Of a stretch of 64,000 nt of DNA, positions 1 through 8,775 are shown piece by piece. The stretch covers positions 704,001 through 768,000 of the forward strand of contig CAVYTU010000017.1 of the NCBI GenBank assembly GCA_963771465.1. The letters are read 5' to 3'. Every line of letters begins with the position of its first letter. Positions within the stretch are counted from its first letter, which is position 1. Under the pieces are notes generated by a model. It ran no database searches, was not told the DNA's origin, and saw nothing but the letters and a program-made list of their open reading frames with translations. Source of the DNA: an uncultured delta proteobacterium. GTDB lineage: Bacteria > Desulfobacterota > Binatia > UBA9968. Both the position numbers and the translations under genes were made by a program.

Positions 1-373
1 CGCTATCGCCTTCGGCGGCGTCGATTGCCCCGACCTTGCGCTCAAAGGCTTGCCCGTAAAGCCGATCTTTCTGGAGGGGCATGGCCGCAGTGGGCGCAGG
101 CAACGATCCGGCTTCGATGCTTGGCGAGCGCGCCGCACCCCAACGCGTCGAAGGTATTTCTCAATTGGCTGCTGAGCCGGGAAGGCCAGATGGCGTTTCA
201 GAAGCTGACCAAGGAAAACTCGTTACGCATCGATATCCCCAAGGATGGCATCGTCGATCCCGACCATGATGCTCGACCCGAAACGCGAATATCTTTTTAC
301 GGGCTTGGAAGAACATAAGAAAAAGATCAACGAGTTCGAACCCTGGCTCGAGTCACTGGTGCCGAAGAAGTAA
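1..373 (+). pseudogene. 3' part of an ABC solute-binding protein gene, broken by about 3 frameshifts (possibly sequencing errors)
   Basis: Pieces in different frames join into ...KGLPVKPIFLEG / MAAVGAGNDPASML / ASAPHPNASKVFLNWLLSREGQ... / MLDPKREYLFTGLEE...PKK*. The 'APHPNA..F.NWLLS.EGQ' motif is typical of this SBP family. 5' end lies outside the window. Confidence 0.7.
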
Positions 374-410
374 TTTATCCGGTTCGCAACTTTATTGAGA
401 AAGACCGTTA

Positions 411-1187
411 ATGAAAATTGCCACTTGGAATGTCAACTCGCTCAAAGTGCGTTTGCCGCAGGTTTTAGAATTCCTCGCCGCGCACCAACCTGACGCGCTC
501 TGCCTCCAGGAGCTAAAACTGGAGGACGCCAATTTTCCGACCAGGGAAATTAACGCGGCGGGCTATCAAGCGGCGTTTTCCGGCCAGAAAACTTACAACG
601 GCGTCGCGATTCTTTCGCTGAATGCTGCGAATGAGGCGGCGATGGGTGTTCCTGGATTCGACGATCCGCAGCGCCGCGTGATCGCCGCCACCGTGAACGG
701 CGTGCGGATTATCTGCGTTTACATTCCTAACGGTGAGGCGGTGGAGTCGGAAAAGTACAAATACAAACTCGACTGGCTGATGAAGCTGATCGTTTGGTTG
801 AAGCAGGAAATGGCCAAGTATCCGAAGCTCGCGTTGTTGGGCGATTACAACATCGCGCCGGAAGATCGCGATGTCTTCGATGTCAAATTTTGGACCGGCA
901 AAGTGTTGTTCAGTGAGCCGGAAAAAGCGGCGTTCAAAGACATGATCGGTCTCGGATTGACGGATAGTTTCCGCATGTTCGAGCAACCGGATAAATCTTA
1001 CAGCTGGTGGGATTACCGCATGAACGGTTTCAAACGAAACCTCGGCCTGCGCATCGATCACATTTTGCTATCCCAGGAACTGGTGCGATCCTGCAAGAGT
1101 TGCTCGATCGTTCGCGACATGCGAGCCAAAGAGCGTCCTTCCGATCATGCGCCGGTGATCGCGGAGATATCGGATTCGGAAATTTAA
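411..1187 (+). CDS. xth: Exodeoxyribonuclease III
   Basis: MKIATWNVNS, LQE.K, YNGVAILS, GDYNIAP, WWDYR, LRIDHIL and SDHAPV motifs. Confidence 0.96.
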   Translation: MKIATWNVNSLKVRLPQVLEFLAAHQPDALCLQELKLEDANFPTREINAAGYQAAFSGQKTYNGVAILSLNAANEAAMGVPGFDDPQRRVIAATVNGVRIICVYIPNGEAVESEKYKYKLDWLMKLIVWLKQEMAKYPKLALLGDYNIAPEDRDVFDVKFWTGKVLFSEPEKAAFKDMIGLGLTDSFRMFEQPDKSYSWWDYRMNGFKRNLGLRIDHILLSQELVRSCKSCSIVRDMRAKERPSDHAPVIAEISDSEI

Positions 1188-2374
1188 CTTTGCGGTACTT
1201 TTGATTTTTTTAAACTTTGTGACCTTTGTGCTCTTTGTGGTTGATTCTCTTCATCTTCGAAGCTGTACATTCGCGCGCAGTTGTCCCACAGCCATTTGCG
1301 TTTCATTTGATCGGTGAACGGCATCTTTAGGAACGTGTCGATGGCGTGGGGGTATTTTACGTCTAGGTGGGGATAGTCGGTGGAGAAGACCATGTTGTCT
1401 TCCAGGCCGTACTCGGGGATGTGTTTGGCGGTGATCTCGTCGCATTCCACCGCGCCGTAGCAATTGCGCTGGAAATATTCCAGTGGCGTGAGTTTGAGAT
1501 CGGGATACTCCGCTACGCCGGTGGTCTCGGCGTATTCGCCCATGCGCCAGAGCAGCCACGGCACCCAGGAGCAGTTGCCTTCGAGAAAGGCGACTTTCAA
1601 TTTCGCAAAGCGCTCCATCACGCCGCCGAAGATCATGTCGCCGCAGGCCAACATATTGGCGAACGGAAAGCCGAAAGTATTGAACATCGAAAAGGTCGAG
1701 CAGATGTGGAAGAACGCCGGCTGCGGCAGATAGACGCGGCCGGCTTCGTGAAAGCCGACGGGCAAATTCAGCTGCTCGCACTCGGCCCACAAGGGATCGT
1801 AGTAGGGATCGCTCCATTTCTTGTTATTGACGTGATTGGGGCGAATAAAAATGCCGCGAAAGCCGTAATCTTTCACCGTGCGGCGAATCTCCTCGACGGC
1901 GCCGCTGATGTCGTGCGGCGCAACCATGGCGATGCCGAACATGCGTTTGGGATCGGCTTGGACGAAGTCGTGCAGCCAGTCGTTGTAGGCGCGCGCGATG
2001 GCCGTGGCGAAGTCCGGGTCTAGCCCGTCGATCCCCAACACCGTTAGGGCGCGAGTGGGAAACAGAAACGCGATGTCCAATCCTTCTTTGTCCATGGCTT
2101 GCAGTTGCGACACGCCGTCGAAGTTGCGCGCGCCGGCCGCGCCGTACTTCTCGGCGAAAAACTCTTGGCGATACTTTGCCAATGCGGGATTTTCCGGCTG
2201 GCGTGGGATCGGCATGACTTTACCTTCGACCTCCACACCGAGGTCGCGAAACGCACGGTTCAAGCCTTTTGGGGCGCGGTCGAGATATTTCCTGTCGATG
2301 TAGCGTTGCCACAAATCCGCCGGCTCGAAGACGTGCATGTCGGAATCCATCGCCTTGAAACCATTTTTGGCCAT
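1184..2374 (-). CDS. Amidohydrolase family 2 protein
   Basis: DSDMHVFEP, AYNDWL, YDPLW, FLEG...W.PW, FSTDYPH.D and 'DNCARMY' motifs. Confidence 0.9.
   Translation of the reverse strand: MAKNGFKAMDSDMHVFEPADLWQRYIDRKYLDRAPKGLNRAFRDLGVEVEGKVMPIPRQPENPALAKYRQEFFAEKYGAAGARNFDGVSQLQAMDKEGLDIAFLFPTRALTVLGIDGLDPDFATAIARAYNDWLHDFVQADPKRMFGIAMVAPHDISGAVEEIRRTVKDYGFRGIFIRPNHVNNKKWSDPYYDPLWAECEQLNLPVGFHEAGRVYLPQPAFFHICSTFSMFNTFGFPFANMLACGDMIFGGVMERFAKLKVAFLEGNCSWVPWLLWRMGEYAETTGVAEYPDLKLTPLEYFQRNCYGAVECDEITAKHIPEYGLEDNMVFSTDYPHLDVKYPHAIDTFLKMPFTDQMKRKWLWDNCARMYSFEDEENQPQRAQRSQSLKKSKVPQS
1188..1241. repeat. Degenerate 9-mer repeat (CTTTGTGNY x3, plus one spaced copy) inside the amidohydrolase 3' tail
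   Basis: ctttgtgac-ctttgtgct-ctttgtggt at 1215-1241 and ctttgcggt at 1188-1196. Confidence 0.6.
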
Positions 2375-2446
2375 TGTGTTTCTCCTCGAGTCAATTCTGC
2401 TTCAGTTCATTTCACCGGCGATAAGTATTTTAGCTCTTTTTTCATC

Positions 2447-2650
2447 TTAGGCGAGATCGAGAGCATTGTTGACAATATGGTTCGCCGCGACCAGACTTCC
2501 CGCACCGGTCATGTTGGGCAGGCGGCCGGCGATGAAGCGAATGGTTTTGTCTTGGTAAAAGTCTTGGGCAGAGGCACTCGGACTACCCGGCAACACCAAA
2601 GCTATGCTAATAGTCACCATACTAAGCAAACATTGCCATTTTGATTTCAT
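2447..2650 (-). pseudogene. Truncated, internally deleted TctC/Bug tripartite tricarboxylate transporter binding protein
   Basis: Signal peptide, then 'AQDFYQDKTIRFIAG' joined directly to 'NMTGAGSLVAANHIVN'. The intervening GGGYD segment and the whole C-terminal part are missing. Confidence 0.7.
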
Positions 2651-2722
2651 GGTGTTTCAGAATCGCACAAGTAGCGAGCTCGGGTCAAAACCAATGGGTT
2701 CTCATCCTGGCTGGAGGTGACG

Positions 2723-3847
2723 ATGAAGTCGTATTTTAAAAGAAGTTCTCTGGTGATGGGCTTGAGTGCTGTGCTGTTTGCTTCACATGTTCTGGGCGCG
2801 ACGCCAAATCCGGCACTCCTTAAGGCTAAGCAAGACGCAGAGAGTAAAGGCTTCATATTTGTCTCTGACCGCTCGGAGATTGTGGCGCGCGCCCAAAAGG
2901 AAGGGAAACTGGGTGTCATTACGAGCATGGAGCCTGAAACGGCCAAGGCTTCGGCACTCGCTTTCAAAAAGCGCTATCCGTTTATCGATCTCAACATCCA
3001 GCCACGAACCGGTTCCGAGTCGGCGCAGCAGCTTGTCCTGCAAATCAAGAGCGGCGGAGCCAAGGAATGGGACGTTGTCTCAACCAGTTCCGATCATATC
3101 AACGATTATATTCCGCATCTCTGGAAAGTGGATCTACAAGCAATGGCGGAGCAGGGTGTGATGCAAATTCCGGTCGCGATGGTCGACTCCACGCAGCGCA
3201 ATATCGCCGCCTTTCACAGTCGGTTTCACATTATCGCGTATAATAAAAATCTCGTTGCGCCGGCGCAGGTTCCCAAAGTGTGGGAGGATCTTTTGAAGCC
3301 TGAGTTTAAGGGAAGAAAGATTGCTTTGGACATTCGCCCTGGCTTAGCGACTCTAGTACCCGCATGGGGTTTGGATCGGACGGTGGACTTCGCACGAAAA
3401 CTGGCGAGTCAGGAACCGATCTGGGTGCGCGGCGATCCCAGGGCGATAACGGGCATGCTTGCCGGCGAGATTCCCATGATGGTGGCGGCGAATTTTCACG
3501 ACCTCAAGCGCGCGCAGAAGAAGGACCCGCTCGGCGTTCTACAATATGCGATCGTTGAACCGGTTCCGTTCAGGCTGGCGCTGGCGCAGTCGATCCTGGC
3601 GACGGCTCGACATCCCTACGCCGCGCTCTTATGGTTTGACTGGCTGGCCACTGTGGAAGCGCAGAAGATCGCCGATGAACACGAACCGATGGCATCGGCA
3701 GTTTACGTGCGTGGCAGCGCGGTGGAAGAGGAGCTGAGGGGGAAGAAACTATCGGCAGTGCCGTGGGAGAGTTACCAGAATCTCCAACCATGGTCGGCGA
3801 AGATATTCGAGGCCTATGGTTTTCCCAAAGCCGACGCGCAGCGGTGA
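2723..3847 (+). CDS. ABC transporter solute-binding protein (Fe/thiamine-like cluster)
   Basis: Signal peptide; 'A.KEGKL', 'F.KRYPFI', 'YNKNLV...PK.WEDLLKP..KG.KI', 'A.HP.AA.LW.DWL...EAQ'. GGAGG RBS upstream; start could also be GTG 2717. Confidence 0.85.
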   Translation: MKSYFKRSSLVMGLSAVLFASHVLGATPNPALLKAKQDAESKGFIFVSDRSEIVARAQKEGKLGVITSMEPETAKASALAFKKRYPFIDLNIQPRTGSESAQQLVLQIKSGGAKEWDVVSTSSDHINDYIPHLWKVDLQAMAEQGVMQIPVAMVDSTQRNIAAFHSRFHIIAYNKNLVAPAQVPKVWEDLLKPEFKGRKIALDIRPGLATLVPAWGLDRTVDFARKLASQEPIWVRGDPRAITGMLAGEIPMMVAANFHDLKRAQKKDPLGVLQYAIVEPVPFRLALAQSILATARHPYAALLWFDWLATVEAQKIADEHEPMASAVYVRGSAVEEELRGKKLSAVPWESYQNLQPWSAKIFEAYGFPKADAQR

Positions 3848-3976
3848 TCACAGTACGGCAAAGTTGTCTCAGAAGTCGGAGCCAGTCCCGGGGGGTGCAT
3901 TGGGGCTTTACCGCGGTGGAATTTAAGTGATAGTATCGAGCAGTTCCCAAAATCAACATCAACAATAGGAGGAGTA

Positions 3977-4414
3977 ATGGAACAAGAGCAAGCAAGAGGA
4001 TTCCAAGTTTTCGATATCAACCCGCAGATAGTTGCGAAGGGAAAGAAAACCACCGAGCTCGTGCGCACGGATTTGATCCGCGCCAACGTTCAGGTCGTCA
4101 CTGACGGCGGTGAAACGAATTTGCACGCCCATACCGGGATGGACGCCATCTGGGTGGTGCTCCAAGGCGAGGCAACTTTCTACGGCAAGGGCGACGAGGT
4201 TGTCGGCAAGCTAAAGAAGCATCAATCGATTTTGATTCCCCGCCCGACACCGTATTGGTTTGAAAGCTCAGGCGACGAACCGTTGGTGGTGCTCCATGTC
4301 ATGGCCTATCAGCCGGGCGCGGCTGCCAAGCGGATCGATTACACGCCGAGGAAAGAGTTGGCGCGAGAGATGGTTGACGGAAAGTTTTTCGGGCAAGAGC
4401 CAACCAACCCCTAG
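3977..4414 (+). CDS. Cupin domain protein
   Basis: 'GGETNLHAH...D..W.VLQGEATFY' and 'ILIPR.TPYWF' cupin motifs; strong AGGAGG RBS. Confidence 0.88.
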   Translation: MEQEQARGFQVFDINPQIVAKGKKTTELVRTDLIRANVQVVTDGGETNLHAHTGMDAIWVVLQGEATFYGKGDEVVGKLKKHQSILIPRPTPYWFESSGDEPLVVLHVMAYQPGAAAKRIDYTPRKELAREMVDGKFFGQEPTNP

Positions 4415-4462
4415 GGGTCTGCCTGCGCAGGTTTGCTGCAATCGTCGACAGGCCGCCGAGCG

Positions 4463-4500
4463 GAAGCTCCCGTCACCGTTCAATGAGTGACGGGAGCTTC
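4463..4500. terminator. Stem-loop, probable terminator
   Basis: Perfect 14-bp inverted repeat GAAGCTCCCGTCAC / GTGACGGGAGCTTC followed by TCTCATTT, downstream of the cupin gene. Confidence 0.7.
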
Positions 4501-4525
4501 TCTCATTTAGGTGTTATCTTAATTC

Positions 4526-4675
4526 ATGGAAAAGCCGCCGATTAGAAAAGACTTCTTCGAAAGTGAATGCGGCTGCCGGCGTTGGTACGAGTCGGTCACC
4601 GACGGTTCCGCGGAAGAGTTAGAAGAGGTTGTCGAGTACTGCGACATTCATGACATTGAAAGCGGCAGCGCTTAG
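4526..4675 (+). CDS. Putative 49-aa acidic mini-protein with CGC...CxxH motif
   Basis: Hand translation MEKPPIRKDFFESECGCRRWYESVTDGSAEELEEVVEYCDIHDIESGSA*. Below the ORF-track length cutoff; weak RBS. Confidence 0.45.
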   Translation: MEKPPIRKDFFESECGCRRWYESVTDGSAEELEEVVEYCDIHDIESGSA

Positions 4676-4739
4676 GTCAAAGGCAGAATTAATTCCACTG
4701 TGTAAGATCGAACTCAGTTTCAGTTAGATCCTGCTTAAA

Positions 4740-5912
4740 TTGAATTCCATCTCAAATTTTTCCGGCCGCTGGTTTACCACATTCGGTCACATGGAATTGA
4801 CCCAAGATGGCAGTCGTGTGCACGGATACTATGACTTCCAGGGGAATCGATGCAGCATCGAAGGATCGATTTCTGACAGCAGGCTTCAGTTTACCTACCA
4901 AGAACCTACGGTCACGGGCGAAGGTTGGTTCGAGTTGGTGCGACACGGAAGATTTGTCGGCCAGTGGCGAGTAAAAGACGACGAACGCTGGTCGTCTTGG
5001 AGCGGCGATCGCCAATTCGAGGGAATTTGGCAGAGTTCATTCGGGCTGTTGCGTCTCGTTCAGGAGCCCGATTGTGTTCTCGGTTTTTACGAGAGCACCG
5101 AGCCATGTCACTTGGAAGGCCAGGTGGAAAACAATCGTTTGAACCTGCGCTATCATGAATCGCGATCGCAAGGTGAAGCGCGTTTCGAATTGGCTGACGA
5201 TGGAGCCAGCTTTCACGGCGAATGGCGCGCGGATGGCACAGGGGAGTGGGCACCTTGGCATGGCCGGCGCCTTGCGCCGCTGCCCGGCCAAGTTTGGTTA
5301 GTCATCATCGAAGCGCATTGGCAGCGTTCGTATCTGGATAAAGACTTTGCCTTCGGCCATATGCTGCGGGAGTTTTTTGCCCGTATGCCGCATGTGAATG
5401 TTCGCCAGCGGTTTTTTGAGGATGAAGCCGGATTAGAGCGCTGGTGCCGGGAGCTTATCTATCTGCCTGAGCCGGTTGCGGTTGTTTTTGCCAGCCACGG
5501 GACGCAGGACGGCCTCGCTGTTCGCGGCAAGCCGGTCAATACCGAGCGTCTGACGGAAAGCCTGCTCTACGCCGACAATGTCGTCCTTTTGCACTTTTCC
5601 TCGTGTCTCATGATGCAGGAAGGCAAAGCGAGTGCGCTAGCGCGGTCGTTGCAAAAGGCCGTTCGATTTCCCATCTCAGGATACGATCGTAGCGTGGATT
5701 GGGCAGCCAGCGCGCTGATCGAATTTCATTATCTCGACATGGTTTTAGGGCGTGGTCTTTCACCCGCGGAAGCTGCTGAGCAGGTCCTTCACCTGATTGG
5801 CTATGCTGGCGATAAAGATGTGCCCAATTCGCCGTATCCCGCTGCGGGTTTCCGCGTATTGATGCCGGAGAAGGTGCAAGCTTCTTCGACTGTTGGTCAC
5901 CTCCGACCTTAA
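4740..5912 (+). CDS. Two N-terminal beta-barrel-like repeats fused to a caspase/CHAT-fold (DUF6642-like) domain
   Basis: Repeats 'FSGRWFTTFGHMELTQ...WSSWSGDR' and 'FEGIWQSSFGLLRLVQ...WAPWHGRR'. C-terminal 'VVFASHG', 'LHFSSC' and 'ISGYDRSVDW'. TTG start uncertain. Confidence 0.7.
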   Translation: MNSISNFSGRWFTTFGHMELTQDGSRVHGYYDFQGNRCSIEGSISDSRLQFTYQEPTVTGEGWFELVRHGRFVGQWRVKDDERWSSWSGDRQFEGIWQSSFGLLRLVQEPDCVLGFYESTEPCHLEGQVENNRLNLRYHESRSQGEARFELADDGASFHGEWRADGTGEWAPWHGRRLAPLPGQVWLVIIEAHWQRSYLDKDFAFGHMLREFFARMPHVNVRQRFFEDEAGLERWCRELIYLPEPVAVVFASHGTQDGLAVRGKPVNTERLTESLLYADNVVLLHFSSCLMMQEGKASALARSLQKAVRFPISGYDRSVDWAASALIEFHYLDMVLGRGLSPAEAAEQVLHLIGYAGDKDVPNSPYPAAGFRVLMPEKVQASSTVGHLRP

Positions 5913-5995
5913 AACCCCACGGAGGCGGGGTCGAGGATCACTCCTTGGGATTGGGAATGGTTCGGCAAATTTGGCGTAGCTATGGAGGAGAGTTT

Positions 5996-7510
5996 ATGAA
6001 ACGGATCGTCGTCGGATTATTGCTCGTCGGCGCCTGTGCTGGTGCGGCGCTTCGACCGGCCGGAGCTGCTGAGACGCGTATCTCTATCGGCGTGACCGAG
6101 ACCATGGATACTTTCAATCCCTACGCCGACAGCGTTTCTTTGATGTACAGCGTATGGTGCCAGGTATTGGGTTGTCTTGGCACGTACGATTTCGACAAAG
6201 GTCAGCACGTCGGTCTCGTGCTTGAACGGTGGGAAGTTAAAGACCCCAACAACTGGCTGTTTCACGTGCGCAAGGGGCTCAAGTTTCACAACGGTACGCC
6301 GGTGACCGCCCATGACATTGTTCACTCCATGGGCCGCACCCGCAAAGATCCGCAAAGCAAGCAGACGCAAAATATCGCCGCAGTGGCGAGCGAGAAAGCG
6401 CTCAACGATTACACTGTTCAGGTGACGACGAAAATACCCACGGCACCGCTGCTCGATTATTTGTTCGACCGGATCATCGTGTCCAGCAAGGAGCTTTACG
6501 ACAAGCACGGAGGGGATGTGGCCGACAAACAGTATCCCTTCGGCGCCGGGCCGTACAAATTTCGCGAGCTGATCCCGGGGCAGCGGCTGGTGATCGGTAA
6601 GGATAAATCTCATCCGATGTGGAAACAGTACCCGCAGGCGCCCGATGAAATCGTTTTCCGCTTGATGCGCGAGCCGGAACAGCGGGTAACGGCGCTGCTC
6701 AACAACGAGATTCAGATCGCCCAGTTTGTGCCGCCGCATTTGCGCGAGCGGATCGAGCGCAGCGAGAAACACAAGATCGTCAAGTTTCACACCGCCGAGA
6801 TTATGTTCTTGGCGATGATGCCCAAGGTGAAACCGTGGGACAACAAACTAGTTCGCCAGGCGGTCGGCTACGCCATCGATCGCGACATGATCATGAAAAC
6901 CATTTTGCGCGGTGAAGCATCGCGGCTCGACGGGCCCATCGGCGAAGGGCAGTATGGCTACGATCCGAAATTACAGCCGCGATACACCTACAATCCGGAG
7001 AAGGCCAAAGAGTTGCTCAAGCAAGCCGGCTATCCCAACGGCGTGGACGTCGAGCTGCAAACTCCGGTGGGCCGTTACACGCTGGACAAGCAATTGACGG
7101 AGGCGATGGTGCCGATGCTCACGGCCGTGGGGATTCGCACCAAGCTGCTCACGCCCGATTGGGCGACGTTGTGGGCCAACGTGCAGGTCGGCAAGGTGCC
7201 GTTCTACTACATGGGCCGCGGCGGCGTGGTGGATCCCAGCGCGGCTTTAGCGCAGTATTTCGAAACCGGCGCCTCGCCGCGCATCGGCTATTCGAATCCG
7301 AAGTTAGACGAGCTTTTGAAGCAAGAGCGCCAGACCTTCGATCCGGCGCAGCGCAAAAAACTCCTAGGTCAAGCGATGGGACTGATTACCGAGGAGGCGC
7401 CGGCGCAGTTTATGTGGCGCCATCAGCTGCTCTTCGGCATGGCGAAAAACGTCGATTACCGGCCGCTGCCGAGCGAACGGATTTTCGGTTGGAATATGAA
7501 GGTGAAGTGA
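5996..7510 (+). CDS. ABC peptide/nickel-type solute-binding protein (family 5)
   Basis: 'F.VRKGLKFHNGTPVTA.DI..S', 'GAGPYKF', 'VRQAVGYAIDR', 'YNPEKAKELLKQAGYPNG'. GGAGGAG RBS before ATG 5996. Confidence 0.93.
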   Translation: MKRIVVGLLLVGACAGAALRPAGAAETRISIGVTETMDTFNPYADSVSLMYSVWCQVLGCLGTYDFDKGQHVGLVLERWEVKDPNNWLFHVRKGLKFHNGTPVTAHDIVHSMGRTRKDPQSKQTQNIAAVASEKALNDYTVQVTTKIPTAPLLDYLFDRIIVSSKELYDKHGGDVADKQYPFGAGPYKFRELIPGQRLVIGKDKSHPMWKQYPQAPDEIVFRLMREPEQRVTALLNNEIQIAQFVPPHLRERIERSEKHKIVKFHTAEIMFLAMMPKVKPWDNKLVRQAVGYAIDRDMIMKTILRGEASRLDGPIGEGQYGYDPKLQPRYTYNPEKAKELLKQAGYPNGVDVELQTPVGRYTLDKQLTEAMVPMLTAVGIRTKLLTPDWATLWANVQVGKVPFYYMGRGGVVDPSAALAQYFETGASPRIGYSNPKLDELLKQERQTFDPAQRKKLLGQAMGLITEEAPAQFMWRHQLLFGMAKNVDYRPLPSERIFGWNMKVK

Positions 7511-7530
7511 TGAAATGGAATGCTTGAGTG

Positions 7531-7560
7531 TGGATCGAGGATTGAAGATCGAGGATGGCA
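7531..7560. repeat. Degenerate 7-mer tandem repeat (GAGGATN)
   Basis: GAGGATT-GAAGATC-GAGGATG in the spacer after the SBP gene. Confidence 0.5.
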
Positions 7561-7674
7561 GTTGGCAGATCGCCCCGTATTCCATTGCATAAGTCGCCTT
7601 TAGATACGAATGAGTCTATAATTTAAGGCGTTTTCAAAGCGTCAGATGCAGGCAGACTGAAGGAGAATTTTTGC

Positions 7675-8694
7675 ATGGCGAAAGCGAGAGTGGGATACGC
7701 GCTGGGATATGGCAAATTCACCAACGTGCGCGAGATGGCCGATGTCATGAAGCAGGCGGAGGAACGCGGTTTCGAGATGGCTTTTTTTTCTGAGACCGTC
7801 GAGCTCATGCGCGACTCGGTGAGTTCGTTGGCGGCAATCAGCCTGGCGACCAAGAAGATGATTATGGGGACGACGCAGATTGTGCGCCTGCGCGGACCGG
7901 TGGTGATGGCGCAATCCTTGGCGACCTTGGACGAATTGAGCGGCGGCCGCATCACTGCGGCGCCGGGCGCTTGCACCAAGAGCCACGCCCGCGTGCACGC
8001 GCTACCGCAAGATGTCGGCGCCACGCCGAGCGAAGTGCTGCGCGAGTATATCGAGTCGATGCGCTTGCTGTTTAGCGGTGACAAGGTTTCCTATCACGGC
8101 AAGTTTGTTAATTTCGACAACGTCGGTTTGGGCTGGAAGCCGATTCGCTCGCATATTCCATTTTACGTGCCGGCGACGGCGACCATCGGCTTGAAGCTGG
8201 CCGGCGCCATCGGCGACGGTGTCATTCTCAACGCGGTGTGCTCGCCGGAGTACACGGTCAACGCGCTCAAGATTATTCGCGAGTCGGCGCAGCAAGCCGG
8301 ACGCGACTTTGGGAAATTTTTCGTCGCCCAGATCATCAACTGCTCCATCGAAGACGATCATAAAAAGGCGCTCGATGCGGTGCGCTGGGAAGTCGCGACC
8401 AAACTCGATCCGGTGCAGATTTCATTTATCGCCGCGCCGAAGATGAAGGTTGGCGAGCCCTATATCCGCAAAGAAGACATTCCTCTATTCGAAAAAGCCC
8501 ACGCTCAAGGCGGCATGGAAGCGCTGATCAAGGCGATTCCCGACTCCTACGTCGAAGGCATGACCGCTAGCGGCACGCCGGATGAAGTTAAAAAGCGCGT
8601 GCAACAATATCGCGATGCCGGCGTACAAGTGCCGCTACTTCGCCCCGCGGCGGCGCATCAGACGCAAAGATTGCTGGATTTGTTTGCCCAGTAG
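7675..8694 (+). CDS. LLM-class flavin-dependent oxidoreductase
   Basis: 'AEERGFE..F.SE', 'MAQSLATLDELSGGR', 'LAGAIGDGV.LN', 'GTPDEV...V..YRDAGV'; AAGGAG RBS. Confidence 0.9.
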   Translation: MAKARVGYALGYGKFTNVREMADVMKQAEERGFEMAFFSETVELMRDSVSSLAAISLATKKMIMGTTQIVRLRGPVVMAQSLATLDELSGGRITAAPGACTKSHARVHALPQDVGATPSEVLREYIESMRLLFSGDKVSYHGKFVNFDNVGLGWKPIRSHIPFYVPATATIGLKLAGAIGDGVILNAVCSPEYTVNALKIIRESAQQAGRDFGKFFVAQIINCSIEDDHKKALDAVRWEVATKLDPVQISFIAAPKMKVGEPYIRKEDIPLFEKAHAQGGMEALIKAIPDSYVEGMTASGTPDEVKKRVQQYRDAGVQVPLLRPAAAHQTQRLLDLFAQ

Positions 8695-8698
8695 GGTT

Positions 8699-8763
8699 CG
8701 AGGATAGAGGATAGATGATCGCGAAGACGACTCCATTCTCTATCTTCAATCATCCACCCTCGG
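8699..8763. repeat. Inverted pair of 7-mer repeat tracts (GAGGATA / TATCYTC)
   Basis: GAGGATA-GAGGATA-GATGATC, then CATTCTC-TATCTTC-AATCATC-CACCCTC, which can fold as an imperfect hairpin. Confidence 0.6.
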
Positions 8764-8775
8764 TTTCTAAGTAAC

